Virus record (IMG/VR): IMGVR_UViG_3300044971_004534
Length of the DNA stretch: 64,000 nucleotides
Reading direction: 5' to 3' (one strand)
Source of the DNA: a virus
Shown here: one piece after another, positions 45,517 to 53,562 of the stretch
How the letters are laid out: each line of letters starts with the position of its first letter
How positions within the stretch are numbered: position 1 is the stretch's first letter
Position numbers and translations under genes: made by a program
The notes under the pieces: model-generated
The model's database searches: none
The model's input: the letters and a program-made list of their open reading frames with translations, nothing else
Told to the model about the DNA's origin: nothing

Positions 45517-46269
45517 TTATAATTCTGTCCAGAAGACTAGTTTTATTTCGCCTTCTTCTGTTTCAACGAGGGCACTGAACGACTCAACCCAGTCGCCACA
45601 GTTGTAGTAGGAAATCCCGTTGAGGTCGCGCACTTCAGGCTTATGGATGTGTCCGCACACGACACCGTCGTATCCACGACGCTTTGTATATTCAGAGATG
45701 TGATGCTCAAAATGAAAAACGAAGTTTGTTGCCTGCTTAAAGTTCTGCTTAATGAACTTGGAGAACGACCAGTTCTTCTTGCCGAAAAGACGTAAAGCTT
45801 TTCCTACCAGTCGGTTAGATACAACAAGGAAGTCGTATGCCGTTGATCCCAGAGCACTGATCAGAGGGTTGAGGCGGACAGCAGAGTCAAAAACATCGCC
45901 ATGAAGAACAAGGATCTTCTTACCACCGAGGGTTGTGTGGGAAGCTTCGTTCTTGAACTTGATGTCTCCAAGGGTGATTTTTGTCGGTAGCCATAGACGG
46001 ATGAATTCATCGTGGTTTCCTGGAAGATAGGTAACGTGGGCACCCTGCTTTACCTTCTTCAGTATTTTACGGACAGTAGTGGAATTGGCATTAGGCCAGT
46101 GCCATCGTGATTTGAGGCGCCATCCGTCAATGATATCACCTACAAGATACAGGGAGTCGCAGGTGAATGAATCAAGAAAGTCGTTGACCTTATGAGGGTT
46201 GGCGCAGTCAGCTCCGAGGTGCAGGTCAGAGATCCAGACTGCTCTAAAGTGGTTTTTTGATTTTTTCAT
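45517..46269 (-). CDS. LpxH-family metallophosphoesterase (UDP-2,3-diacylglucosamine hydrolase-like)
   Basis: Start 46269 'MKKSKNHFRAVWISDLHLG' chosen (track ORF extends to 46395); 'LYLVGDIIDGW', 'YLPGNHDEF', 'LHGD', 'CGHIHKP' colinear with LpxH. Confidence 0.7.
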   Translation of the reverse strand: MKKSKNHFRAVWISDLHLGADCANPHKVNDFLDSFTCDSLYLVGDIIDGWRLKSRWHWPNANSTTVRKILKKVKQGAHVTYLPGNHDEFIRLWLPTKITLGDIKFKNEASHTTLGGKKILVLHGDVFDSAVRLNPLISALGSTAYDFLVVSNRLVGKALRLFGKKNWSFSKFIKQNFKQATNFVFHFEHHISEYTKRRGYDGVVCGHIHKPEVRDLNGISYYNCGDWVESFSALVETEEGEIKLVFWTEL

Positions 46270-46885
46270 TTGAAATAAGCTCTTGAGTGCGAAGGCCAGA
46301 TCGTCGAGCACTGTTCCATAGAAGATCAGCCCAGAGAGCGCCTGCCTGTATATCGGATGGGAAGTGGAGTCCGCCATCGACTCTGCTCTGGCCAACTAAA
46401 TCGGCCATCTTCATAAACGTACTTTCCTTGTGGGGGAAATTTTCAGCAAGGGCATGAGCCATGATTCGGGCGCATGCCATGTGTCCAGAGGGGTACGAGG
46501 GTGAATGGTCTGTATCTGATGTTGCTGGCTCAAAGTCCATCTGCAGGCGCTTTGCTACTTCTTTCGGCCTGGGACGATTGTGATAGATTTTTTCTTTTAG
46601 AACAAGGGTTTCTGTATCTGATGCGATGAGCTCGAGCAGCGGGCGAAATACTGGGCCTGAACCCTGAGGTAATAATCTTAAAAAGTCATCTACGAATGAA
46701 GTATCGAAGACTTGGACCAAGAGCACCCTTTCTGGGTCGTCTTGAGCATCTCGCATCTGCTGAACAACTTGAAGGAGTTCCGTAGCACTGTCTGGCGGAG
46801 ACGGAAGATGAGGTGGATTTTCCTTCAGTATGACTGTGGGTCTGTGGAGCGCGACGTGATGTTCTGGGGAGAGTGGGCGTGGCAT
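46244..46885 (-). CDS. PAP2 superfamily phosphatase
   Basis: Start 46885 (track start 46921 lies inside the palindrome); 'KIYHNRPRP', 'SYPSGH', 'SRVDGGLHFPSD' = PAP2 motifs. Confidence 0.75.
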   Translation of the reverse strand: MPRPLSPEHHVALHRPTVILKENPPHLPSPPDSATELLQVVQQMRDAQDDPERVLLVQVFDTSFVDDFLRLLPQGSGPVFRPLLELIASDTETLVLKEKIYHNRPRPKEVAKRLQMDFEPATSDTDHSPSYPSGHMACARIMAHALAENFPHKESTFMKMADLVGQSRVDGGLHFPSDIQAGALWADLLWNSARRSGLRTQELISNEKIKKPL

Positions 46886-46890
46886 AGTAA

Positions 46891-46918
46891 AATGAATTTC
46901 TATACGTAGAAATTCATT
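46891..46918. promoter_or_regulatory. 28-bp palindromic operator, copy 2
   Basis: AATGAATTTCTA-TACG-TAGAAATTCATT, 12-bp perfect arms, 6 nt upstream of the PAP2 start; flanks also shared with copy 1. Confidence 0.75.
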
Positions 46919-46966
46919 CAAAAAGGGGCCATCTCCTCCCCAAAAAATTGTATTTGAGCGGTTTTT

Positions 46967-47368
46967 TCAACGACCCTGAGGTAAGGTCGTGTGACCGGTC
47001 AAGCGCTGGTACGCGTCAACGTAGGCAATGTTTTCGGTACCCACTGCGATGCGCAGCTTCTCGTACCACATGTCAGTTTCTGCTTTTGTCATCTTCCCTT
47101 CGTGGGAGTAGATAGACAGATCCCGAACAATCCCCTGACGAGCAAGCATGGCTTCTTCTGCGTTGTATCGAAGCTTGTCCGAGTTCATGGAGCACCGAAT
47201 GGACTCCACCAGATCGTCATGGTATTTAAACCACGTGACCATGATCCGCTCTTCACGTGATTGACGCGTCGCACCTGCGTTGGTGGCACTGTTTGGGGTG
47301 GTTTGGCATCCAGAAGAAAAAAGCGACAACGCAACAACTAAGCTCGTAAGGCCAATGCTTTTTTTCAT
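46967..47368 (-). CDS. lipoprotein
   Basis: 'MKKSIGLTSLVVALSLFSSGC' signal peptide with lipobox Cys. Confidence 0.65.
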   Translation of the reverse strand: MKKSIGLTSLVVALSLFSSGCQTTPNSATNAGATRQSREERIMVTWFKYHDDLVESIRCSMNSDKLRYNAEEAMLARQGIVRDLSIYSHEGKMTKAETDMWYEKLRIAVGTENIAYVDAYQRLTGHTTLPQGR

Positions 47369-47650
47369 TTAGGATGCCCCAATCAGTTCTTGAGTGACGA
47401 CCTCGAGCTCACGAGACCGCACTGAAACGGTTGCGTGAAGATTGAGGTACAGATCGCTTGCGGTGCGGAAGTCATCATCTGACACGTGTCCCTCATGAAC
47501 GAGTGTCGCCATGCGGTCCATCGCAATGGCTCCAGCCCTGAGGATTCCCTCAAGTTCGATAGATGATGTCAGTTCGTCCACCGTATAGATGGCGTAACTG
47601 AAGAATCCAAGAAGTTTGTCGCCGTCAATAGCTTCGTCTTCTGAAAGCAC
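47369..47650 (-). CDS. hypothetical protein
   Basis: 93-aa acidic ORF abutting the lipoprotein gene start. Confidence 0.45.
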   Translation of the reverse strand: MLSEDEAIDGDKLLGFFSYAIYTVDELTSSIELEGILRAGAIAMDRMATLVHEGHVSDDDFRTASDLYLNLHATVSVRSRELEVVTQELIGAS

Positions 47651-47748
47651 GAGTCTGGTCTCCTTTTTTAATTCAGGGGACCAAACATCGCACTGCGGAC
47701 CCCACTTCGCGCACCGCTTGAAGGCGAGCGATACCTCTTAGTAACCAC

Positions 47749-48468
47749 TCATTCTTCAGACTGACCAACCAAATCCAGCTTTTCGACATTCGGTAGCACT
47801 GCGTCTGGCAAAGGGTGGAAGGGGCCTTTTTTCATCCAAACCTTGGTATACGTCTTCAGGTTCTCCCTCCACGCACCGCGCACCGAGTCGCATCTCCATA
47901 GGGGCATGGACCAACGAAGGCGCACTGCGTTCGTCATAAAGCGGCCTGTCATACCATTCAAATTAAAAAATGGGGAAAACGAGGCGATCCAGAACTGGCT
48001 GTGCCACGCCCAGAGAGCAATCTCCTTTTGGAGGGGGAGTGGAGAGAAGCCCCTTTCCAGATAGTCCAAGGCTTTGGCGTCATGGGCGGCAAACTGGCAT
48101 GCCCATTCCTCTACTAACTTCTCCCCTGGTGTGTGCTCGAAGTAGGTTTTTTTATCTACGATGTGGATAACGGGGTGATCTGGTGGCAGCCCCTCATCTG
48201 TAAGGCCCAGCTCTTCAGCTGCGCCCTTTCGAAGCATCTCGTTTACTTTTTGAGTTGTCTCCCATATCGAGACGGCTCCCTCAGCAGTTACGAAGTTCCA
48301 GATCTCATTGCAGCAGTTTGTCATGGCAAGGGCAAGTTGCCGAGGCGCAGGTGATGTCCTGACTCTGAGGAGCTCGTTCTCGCTCACCAGATAGTTGTCG
48401 ATCTCCGCTGAATTTGCTAAGAAAGATGTCCAATCGGCCATCTCCGGGATATGTATGTGACGGGGCAT
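47749..48468 (-). CDS. Fic/DOC-fold protein with degenerate active-site motif
   Basis: 'SPFFNLNGMTGRFMTN' aligns without gaps to Fic 'HPFxDGNGRxGRLLxN', with His to Ser and Arg to Met. Confidence 0.4.
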   Translation of the reverse strand: MPRHIHIPEMADWTSFLANSAEIDNYLVSENELLRVRTSPAPRQLALAMTNCCNEIWNFVTAEGAVSIWETTQKVNEMLRKGAAEELGLTDEGLPPDHPVIHIVDKKTYFEHTPGEKLVEEWACQFAAHDAKALDYLERGFSPLPLQKEIALWAWHSQFWIASFSPFFNLNGMTGRFMTNAVRLRWSMPLWRCDSVRGAWRENLKTYTKVWMKKGPFHPLPDAVLPNVEKLDLVGQSEE

Positions 48469-48507
48469 GTCTCTTTATCGGATTGCCATGTCATGGTTGG
48501 AAGTTCC

Positions 48508-48540
48508 CTCTTTTTCCCCCTCCCGAGGGGAGATTGGCGA
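48508..48540 (+). promoter_or_regulatory. 33-nt promoter-like module, copy 1 (57-nt leader)
   Basis: CTCTTTTTCCCCC + TCCCGAGGGGAGATTGGCGA; TT at spacer positions 14-15. Confidence 0.5.
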
Positions 48541-48597
48541 AAAGCGGCAACGGTCGCTTCCACTACCCAAACTTTGATGTAATCTATCGGCAGTCCC

Positions 48598-49572
48598 ATG
48601 AGCGCAGACTTCAGCCTTCAAGACATCCCCTTTGAGTCACTACCCACGGAGACAGTTCGCAGTCTGTGCGAGATCGCCGTCCGTCACATGGGAAGCAATG
48701 TCCGTTACTACGACCACGGGCTGATTGCTCAGGTTGCCAAGATGGACTATCGCGTTCCTGCGACCATGCGTATCGCTCAGGGGTATGGGTATGGTTCTAC
48801 GAGCGCCGTATGGGGAGCCTTGAGCGAAAACAAGGAAGCGGTTATGACGCTTCTGAACGCTGTGCTTAGTGACCGCAAGGGTGGTTCACAGCGTCATACC
48901 ATGCTTGGCAAGAGCGATATCGCTCCGTCTGTCATCACGAACCCGGACATCTTGTCCTTTGTCTTGAGCGAATCGGACTTTGGCGGTGGTCGCAATGGAA
49001 GCGGCTGCATGGAAAGTCAGGTTTTCGTTCAGGTTACGGACAATCAATGGAACGGGCTTTTTGAGGATCATCCTGCGCTTGTCGCCAAGGCTTTTGCCTC
49101 TCGCCCGTTCCTTCTCAATCGTTTCGTCCGTAATCGTTCTATGCCGAAGGATCGCATCCTGCAAGTTGCAAAGACTGCGCTTGGCTTTACTCATGCGTTC
49201 GACATGGATGCTCCCACCACCCTGAGCCGTGAGGGGCTTTCGGATAGTTCTGTCCGCCCTGACATGGAGGAGATTTACGACGATCTTTTCATGCACATTT
49301 GCACGATCTGCCGCAAGGACAGGGAGAATATGCAGCGCATCAAGGGTGATCTTGACAACCACAGCGTTGGTGGCAAAAAGACCCGCCGCCGTGATGCTGG
49401 CTGGATGACTTCCTACCTGAACGGCAAGTGGGAAGGTGGTCACAAGGATTTCGTGATTCGTACCTGTCGCCTTATTCCGCCTTTTTTCAACCTGATGCAC
49501 AGCAGCGCAAAGGTTTCGGGTGAGATGCGAACCTTGAGGCGGATGTACCAACTAAGTGGAGATGCAAACTGA
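48598..49572 (+). CDS. hypothetical protein
   Basis: 324-aa ORF; the antisense 221-aa ORF is rejected. Confidence 0.6.
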   Translation: MSADFSLQDIPFESLPTETVRSLCEIAVRHMGSNVRYYDHGLIAQVAKMDYRVPATMRIAQGYGYGSTSAVWGALSENKEAVMTLLNAVLSDRKGGSQRHTMLGKSDIAPSVITNPDILSFVLSESDFGGGRNGSGCMESQVFVQVTDNQWNGLFEDHPALVAKAFASRPFLLNRFVRNRSMPKDRILQVAKTALGFTHAFDMDAPTTLSREGLSDSSVRPDMEEIYDDLFMHICTICRKDRENMQRIKGDLDNHSVGGKKTRRRDAGWMTSYLNGKWEGGHKDFVIRTCRLIPPFFNLMHSSAKVSGEMRTLRRMYQLSGDAN

Positions 49573-49611
49573 AAAAAGTTTGTAATCTATCAAAAAGCGG
49601 CAAGAATATGC

Positions 49612-49639
49612 TTGCACGATAGCATACACAGGCTATAAT
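49612..49639 (+). promoter_or_regulatory. sigma70-like promoter
   Basis: TTGCAC-16 nt-TATAAT, 17 nt upstream of ATG 49657. Confidence 0.55.
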
Positions 49640-49656
49640 CACAGGTTGCACTTTTT

Positions 49657-50601
49657 ATGCCACGAACATCAATCCCAGTCGAAGGAATGCTTGGAAGCCT
49701 GAGTCTCAACCGTGAAGTTGAGTTCATGGTCCAAATGCTTGGTTGGAGTGAATCTCAGATTGTAAGCGCAGTCTTGAGCGCACACCCTGAACTGAAGTCA
49801 GATCAACAGTCCCTTATCAACCATATTCGCGTATGCCGTTCACGGTATCGCACAGATCAGAAAGAGAATGCAGAAGTGAGCGCACTTATTGGCGGTGGAA
49901 CGGTCACCTCACTTGACAAGATTGCAGACAAGAAACTTGTCCGCTTTGCTTGTGGTATCGACCACATTGATATGCTGTGGGGTTTTTCAGAAGATGGGAA
50001 GATCAAGGGATTTCCTCGCGGGCAAATCAGCCTGATTGCGGGAAGCCCCGGCGTGGGCAAGACTCGCGCCATGATCGCTGTCTGCGGCAAGATCAGCGCA
50101 CCGGACTATCGACCTGCACTCAAGGCACTTTATTGGCAAAATGAGTTTGCACTTGAGCAGTTCAAGACTGTATCAAAGTCTCAAATCAAGTCAGGCGCAC
50201 GGTTTAGGTGCGGAGACATCCGCTCTTTGAAGGAGCAGTTGAAGGTCGTTGACAAGGAGAAGCCCGATCTTGTCGTGGTTGACTCTATTCAGATGCTTGA
50301 AGAAGCAAAGAACAAGACAGGCATGGAACGCTGCATCGCGGCTTACAAGGCTGCTGCCGTGGAACACAACATCCATGTCGTTCTTGTCGGTCAGTTGAAC
50401 AAGCGCGAACAAGTCGCAGGAAGTCGTGTGTTGGAACATCTTGTGGACTCTGTATTTACGGCAGTTCGTGACCGTGATACGGGAGGATTCGCCATCCGTT
50501 GTACGAAAAACAGATGGGGAATGTCAGGTATCCAAGGTTGCTTCAAGCACACAGCAACGGGCATTGAGCCTGTCGGAGACATCACCCAATCGGAGGATTG
50601 A
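49657..50601 (+). CDS. RadA/Sms-like RecA-superfamily ATPase (no Zn finger or Lon domain)
   Basis: 'ISLIAGSPGVGKTR' Walker A, 'DLVVVDSIQML' Walker B, 'VVLVGQLNK', 'KNRWG' RadA-type motif. Confidence 0.7.
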   Translation: MPRTSIPVEGMLGSLSLNREVEFMVQMLGWSESQIVSAVLSAHPELKSDQQSLINHIRVCRSRYRTDQKENAEVSALIGGGTVTSLDKIADKKLVRFACGIDHIDMLWGFSEDGKIKGFPRGQISLIAGSPGVGKTRAMIAVCGKISAPDYRPALKALYWQNEFALEQFKTVSKSQIKSGARFRCGDIRSLKEQLKVVDKEKPDLVVVDSIQMLEEAKNKTGMERCIAAYKAAAVEHNIHVVLVGQLNKREQVAGSRVLEHLVDSVFTAVRDRDTGGFAIRCTKNRWGMSGIQGCFKHTATGIEPVGDITQSED

Positions 50602-50882
50602 ACATGAATAACGAAACAAGTTTGGTAAACAACAAGCCCACATTCAAGCCGCTTCCCATGTACAAGGTGATTGTTCACAACGATGATGTGAACACCTACA
50701 ATCACGTTATTGGGACTTTCATGGAAATCATCAAAATGGACAAGCAGACCGCCCTCCTCAAGACTGTTGAAGTCGATAAGGAAGGGATGTCCGTGGTGTC
50801 CGTGACGCACAAGGAACACGCTGAACTGTTACAGGATCAGTTGAAGTCCAAGGCTCTCACGGTCACTATTGAGCCGGATTGA
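50598..50882 (+). CDS. clpS: ClpS, ATP-dependent Clp protease adaptor
   Basis: 'PMYKVIVHNDDVNTYNHVIGTFMEI...A..K..EV...G...V.V...E.AE' colinear with E. coli ClpS '[23 protein letters not shown]'. Confidence 0.8.
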   Translation: MNMNNETSLVNNKPTFKPLPMYKVIVHNDDVNTYNHVIGTFMEIIKMDKQTALLKTVEVDKEGMSVVSVTHKEHAELLQDQLKSKALTVTIEPD

Positions 50883-50894
50883 TTACAAAAGACT

Positions 50895-50966
50895 GCGGTT
50901 GTCGTATAATGGCTATTACGCGGGTTTTCCAAACCCGTCATGGGAGTTCGATCCTCCCCTACCGCA
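50895..50966 (+). tRNA. tRNA-Gly (anticodon TCC)
   Basis: Acceptor GCGGTTG/CTACCGC (one mismatch), anticodon arm CGGGT-TTTCCAA-ACCCG, T-loop TTCGATC. Confidence 0.85.
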
Positions 50967-50970
50967 TTCC

Positions 50971-51003
50971 CTCTTTTTCCCCCTCCGGTGGGGGATTTGA
51001 GGG
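50971..51003 (+). promoter_or_regulatory. 33-nt promoter-like module, copy 2 (59-nt leader)
   Basis: CTCTTTTTCCCCC + TCCGGTGGGGGATTTGAGGG; starts 5 nt after tRNA-Gly. Confidence 0.5.
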
Positions 51004-51062
51004 CGTTGGGACTCCAGCGGGGAGAACCATACAATCGTTTCTAAAGTTTGGAGCAATAACAA

Positions 51063-52085
51063 ATGAATCTCGTTGAGAAGATCAAGCGCAACCGCAAGAC
51101 GGGTGTTCCCACCTTCATCTTTGGTGCGCCCGGTGTTGGCAAGTCGCAGATGGTTCATCAGGCAGCGGACGGGGACACCGTGATTGATGTCCGTCTGTCC
51201 ATGCTTGATCCGGTTGACCTGCGTGGTCTGCCGACCGTCAAGCAGAACGGCGATGGTGAGTCCGTGGTTGAGTGGGCGCGTCCTGAGTTCATCCCGGCTG
51301 AAGGCAAGGGCATCATCTTCTTTGATGAGTTGAACACCGCCCCCGCTGCCGTGCAGAACGCTGCGCTTCAGATCATCCTTGATCGCAAGTGTGGTCCGCA
51401 TAAGTTGGGCGATGGTTGGTACATCGTGGCTGCGGGAAACAAGGCTTCCCACAAGGCTCATGTCAACCCGCTCTCCGCACCGCTCCGCAACCGCTTTGCC
51501 GTGGTTGAGTACGAGCCGTCCGTTGAGGCTTGGTCTGCGTGGGCGATGGGTGCGGGAGTTCACGACCATGTGATCGGCTTCCTCAACTTCCGCCCCGGTC
51601 TGCTCACGACCGATCCGAAGGACGAGTACGCCAACTTTGCCTCCCCCCGTTCGTGGGATCGCGTGTCGAAGTTCCTTCAGGCGGGTCTTGACGAGCAGGA
51701 GGACATGGAGCCTCTTGTCGGCAAGGGTGCTGCTGCGGAGTTCACGGCGTATCGGACGGAGATTCGGGATATGCCCGACATTGACGCTCTGATTGCGAAG
51801 AAGGCTGAGTTCAAGGAGAACCCCAAGAAGATCAGCATTTCCTACGCTGTGGCGATGGCTCTCGCTTCCCGCCTGTCCCGTGGTGACAAGAAGTTCGTGA
51901 CCACGAACGCGGATCGGTGCTGTGAGATCGTGTCTGCCCTGTCCCCGGAGATCGCGTGTCTGTTCTTTGTCCGTACTCTCACCTCCGATCCTCATGTCAA
52001 GACCGCTGTGTGTGAGAGCAAGTCTGCTCACAAGTGGGTGCTGACCCATGAGAAGTTGCTGACGAAGTACGGGATCAAGAAGTAA
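51063..52085 (+). CDS. MoxR/AAA_5-type AAA+ ATPase
   Basis: 'FIFGAPGVGKSQ' Walker A, 'IIFFDELNTAPAAVQNAALQIILDR' Walker B/sensor, 'APLRNRF'. Confidence 0.8.
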   Translation: MNLVEKIKRNRKTGVPTFIFGAPGVGKSQMVHQAADGDTVIDVRLSMLDPVDLRGLPTVKQNGDGESVVEWARPEFIPAEGKGIIFFDELNTAPAAVQNAALQIILDRKCGPHKLGDGWYIVAAGNKASHKAHVNPLSAPLRNRFAVVEYEPSVEAWSAWAMGAGVHDHVIGFLNFRPGLLTTDPKDEYANFASPRSWDRVSKFLQAGLDEQEDMEPLVGKGAAAEFTAYRTEIRDMPDIDALIAKKAEFKENPKKISISYAVAMALASRLSRGDKKFVTTNADRCCEIVSALSPEIACLFFVRTLTSDPHVKTAVCESKSAHKWVLTHEKLLTKYGIKK

Positions 52086-52132
52086 TCCCCCCGCAGGAGT
52101 GGGGGGAGGGCGGCAACGCTCTCCCCCTCTCC

Positions 52133-52165
52133 CTCTTTTTCCCCCTTCCCCGAAGGACTTGGGAC
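52133..52165 (+). promoter_or_regulatory. 33-nt promoter-like module, copy 3 (ends at ATG)
   Basis: CTCTTTTTCCCCC + TTCCCCGAAGGACTTGGGAC, then ATG 52166. Confidence 0.55.
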
Positions 52166-53416
52166 ATGGCAAAGAAGAAGAACAACTCCACCGCAACCGC
52201 CGCTCCTGCTGCCGACAACGCTCAGGATGTCGGACTCACGCCTTCTGAACTCAACGAACTCCGTGAGCGCATGAAGGGCATCGTGTTCCGTATGTACCGC
52301 TTCTTTCCCTTTTGGGGACTGCTTGCGGAGAACTGCAAGGTGTCGATCAAGTCCGACAAGGATGTTCCGACCGCCTGTGTTGACCGATACGGCAACATCA
52401 GTTTCGGAGCAAAGTTCTTCAAGGACTTGACCGAAGATCAGGCGTTGTTCGTCCTCGCGCATGAGATCGGTCACGCTGCGTTCAGTCACATTGATCGCCG
52501 TCAGAGCCGTGATCCGCTGCTTTGGAATGTTGCGATTGACTACGCCATCAACCTCCTCCTGTCGGACAACTTCAACGATTCCAAGTATCTGCCGAAGGGT
52601 GTCCTGCTTGACAAGAAGTACGCGGGGATGTCCGCTGAGGAGATTTACGAAGATGTCATCCGCAACGCCAAGACCGTGAAGGTCTACACGCTTTCGGGCG
52701 ATGTTGACTACAGCGACAAGGGCGAGGATGGCGATGGCGATGGCGATGGCATCGTGATCCGTGATCGCCGTGCCGAAAAGAAGGGCAACGAGCAGGGTTG
52801 GGATCAGGCAATCGCCTTGAGCCATGCCCGTGCAAAGATGCAGGGCGATATGCCTGAGTCTCTTGATCGTGCCGTGTCGGAGAAGTTGGGCAGCAAGATT
52901 GATTGGCGCGAAGCACTCAAGCAGTACCTCCGCTTTGGCGTGACTCGCATCCTGCGGGATCACTACACCTTCATGCCCCCGAACCGCCGCTTTGTCCATC
53001 AGGGTCTTTACTTGCCGTCCATGTACGGCAACGATGCCCCGAAGATCGGCTTTGCCGTGGACACCTCCGGTTCGATTGGTGAGTCAGAGATGGCTCAGGC
53101 AATCGCTGAGATTGATGAGATTCGCCGTCAGTTCAACTGCCCTCTTTACCTTGTGGAGTGTGATGCGGAAGTCCATGACGGGCGTTGGATCAGTCCCGAT
53201 CAGTCCTGCCCAACGGCGTTCAAGGGCGGCGGCGGAACCGATTTCCGTCCCGTGTTTGACCACCTCAAGGAGCAGAAAGTCCCCGTGGACATTATGGTGT
53301 ACCTCACCGATGGCTACGGCGAGTTTGGAGATCAGCCCGAAGTCGATGTCCTTTGGGTCACGACCACGAATGTCAAGCCGCCTTATGGCGACCACATTCA
53401 AGTGGGTGTGGGCTAA
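52166..53416 (+). CDS. metallopeptidase-like + von Willebrand factor A domain protein (DUF2201-type)
   Basis: 'LAHEIGHAAFSH' HExxH and 'FAVDTSGSIGESE' MIDAS DxSxS; typical partner of MoxR ATPases. Confidence 0.75.
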   Translation: MAKKKNNSTATAAPAADNAQDVGLTPSELNELRERMKGIVFRMYRFFPFWGLLAENCKVSIKSDKDVPTACVDRYGNISFGAKFFKDLTEDQALFVLAHEIGHAAFSHIDRRQSRDPLLWNVAIDYAINLLLSDNFNDSKYLPKGVLLDKKYAGMSAEEIYEDVIRNAKTVKVYTLSGDVDYSDKGEDGDGDGDGIVIRDRRAEKKGNEQGWDQAIALSHARAKMQGDMPESLDRAVSEKLGSKIDWREALKQYLRFGVTRILRDHYTFMPPNRRFVHQGLYLPSMYGNDAPKIGFAVDTSGSIGESEMAQAIAEIDEIRRQFNCPLYLVECDAEVHDGRWISPDQSCPTAFKGGGGTDFRPVFDHLKEQKVPVDIMVYLTDGYGEFGDQPEVDVLWVTTTNVKPPYGDHIQVGVG

Positions 53417-53446
53417 TATGGGGGACAGGGGCGAAAGCCCCTCTCC

Positions 53447-53479
53447 CTCTTTTTCCCCCTCCGTGGGGGAAGTTGGAGA
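53447..53479 (+). promoter_or_regulatory. 33-nt promoter-like module, copy 4 (83-nt leader)
   Basis: CTCTTTTTCCCCC + TCCGTGGGGGAAGTTGGAGA; follows an AGGGGC-GAAA-GCCCCT hairpin. Confidence 0.5.
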
Positions 53480-53562
53480 GTCAGCCGGATGTTCCGGTTG
53501 ACAGTAGCACTTGAGAGCCACAAACCAAGTCGCATGACTTGTTTAGGTGGCAAGGAGAAAAG

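Noticed and set aside
48886-49551. 221-aa minus-strand ORF
   Set aside because: It is antisense to 48598-49572 and has shadow-ORF composition.
50916-52196. 426-aa minus-strand ORF
   Set aside because: It is antisense to the MoxR ATPase gene, which has clear Walker motifs. Its sequence is low-complexity and R/G/L/H-rich, typical of shadow ORFs in GC-rich DNA.
52028-52999. 323-aa minus-strand ORF
   Set aside because: It is antisense to the HExxH+VWA gene and has no recognisable motifs.
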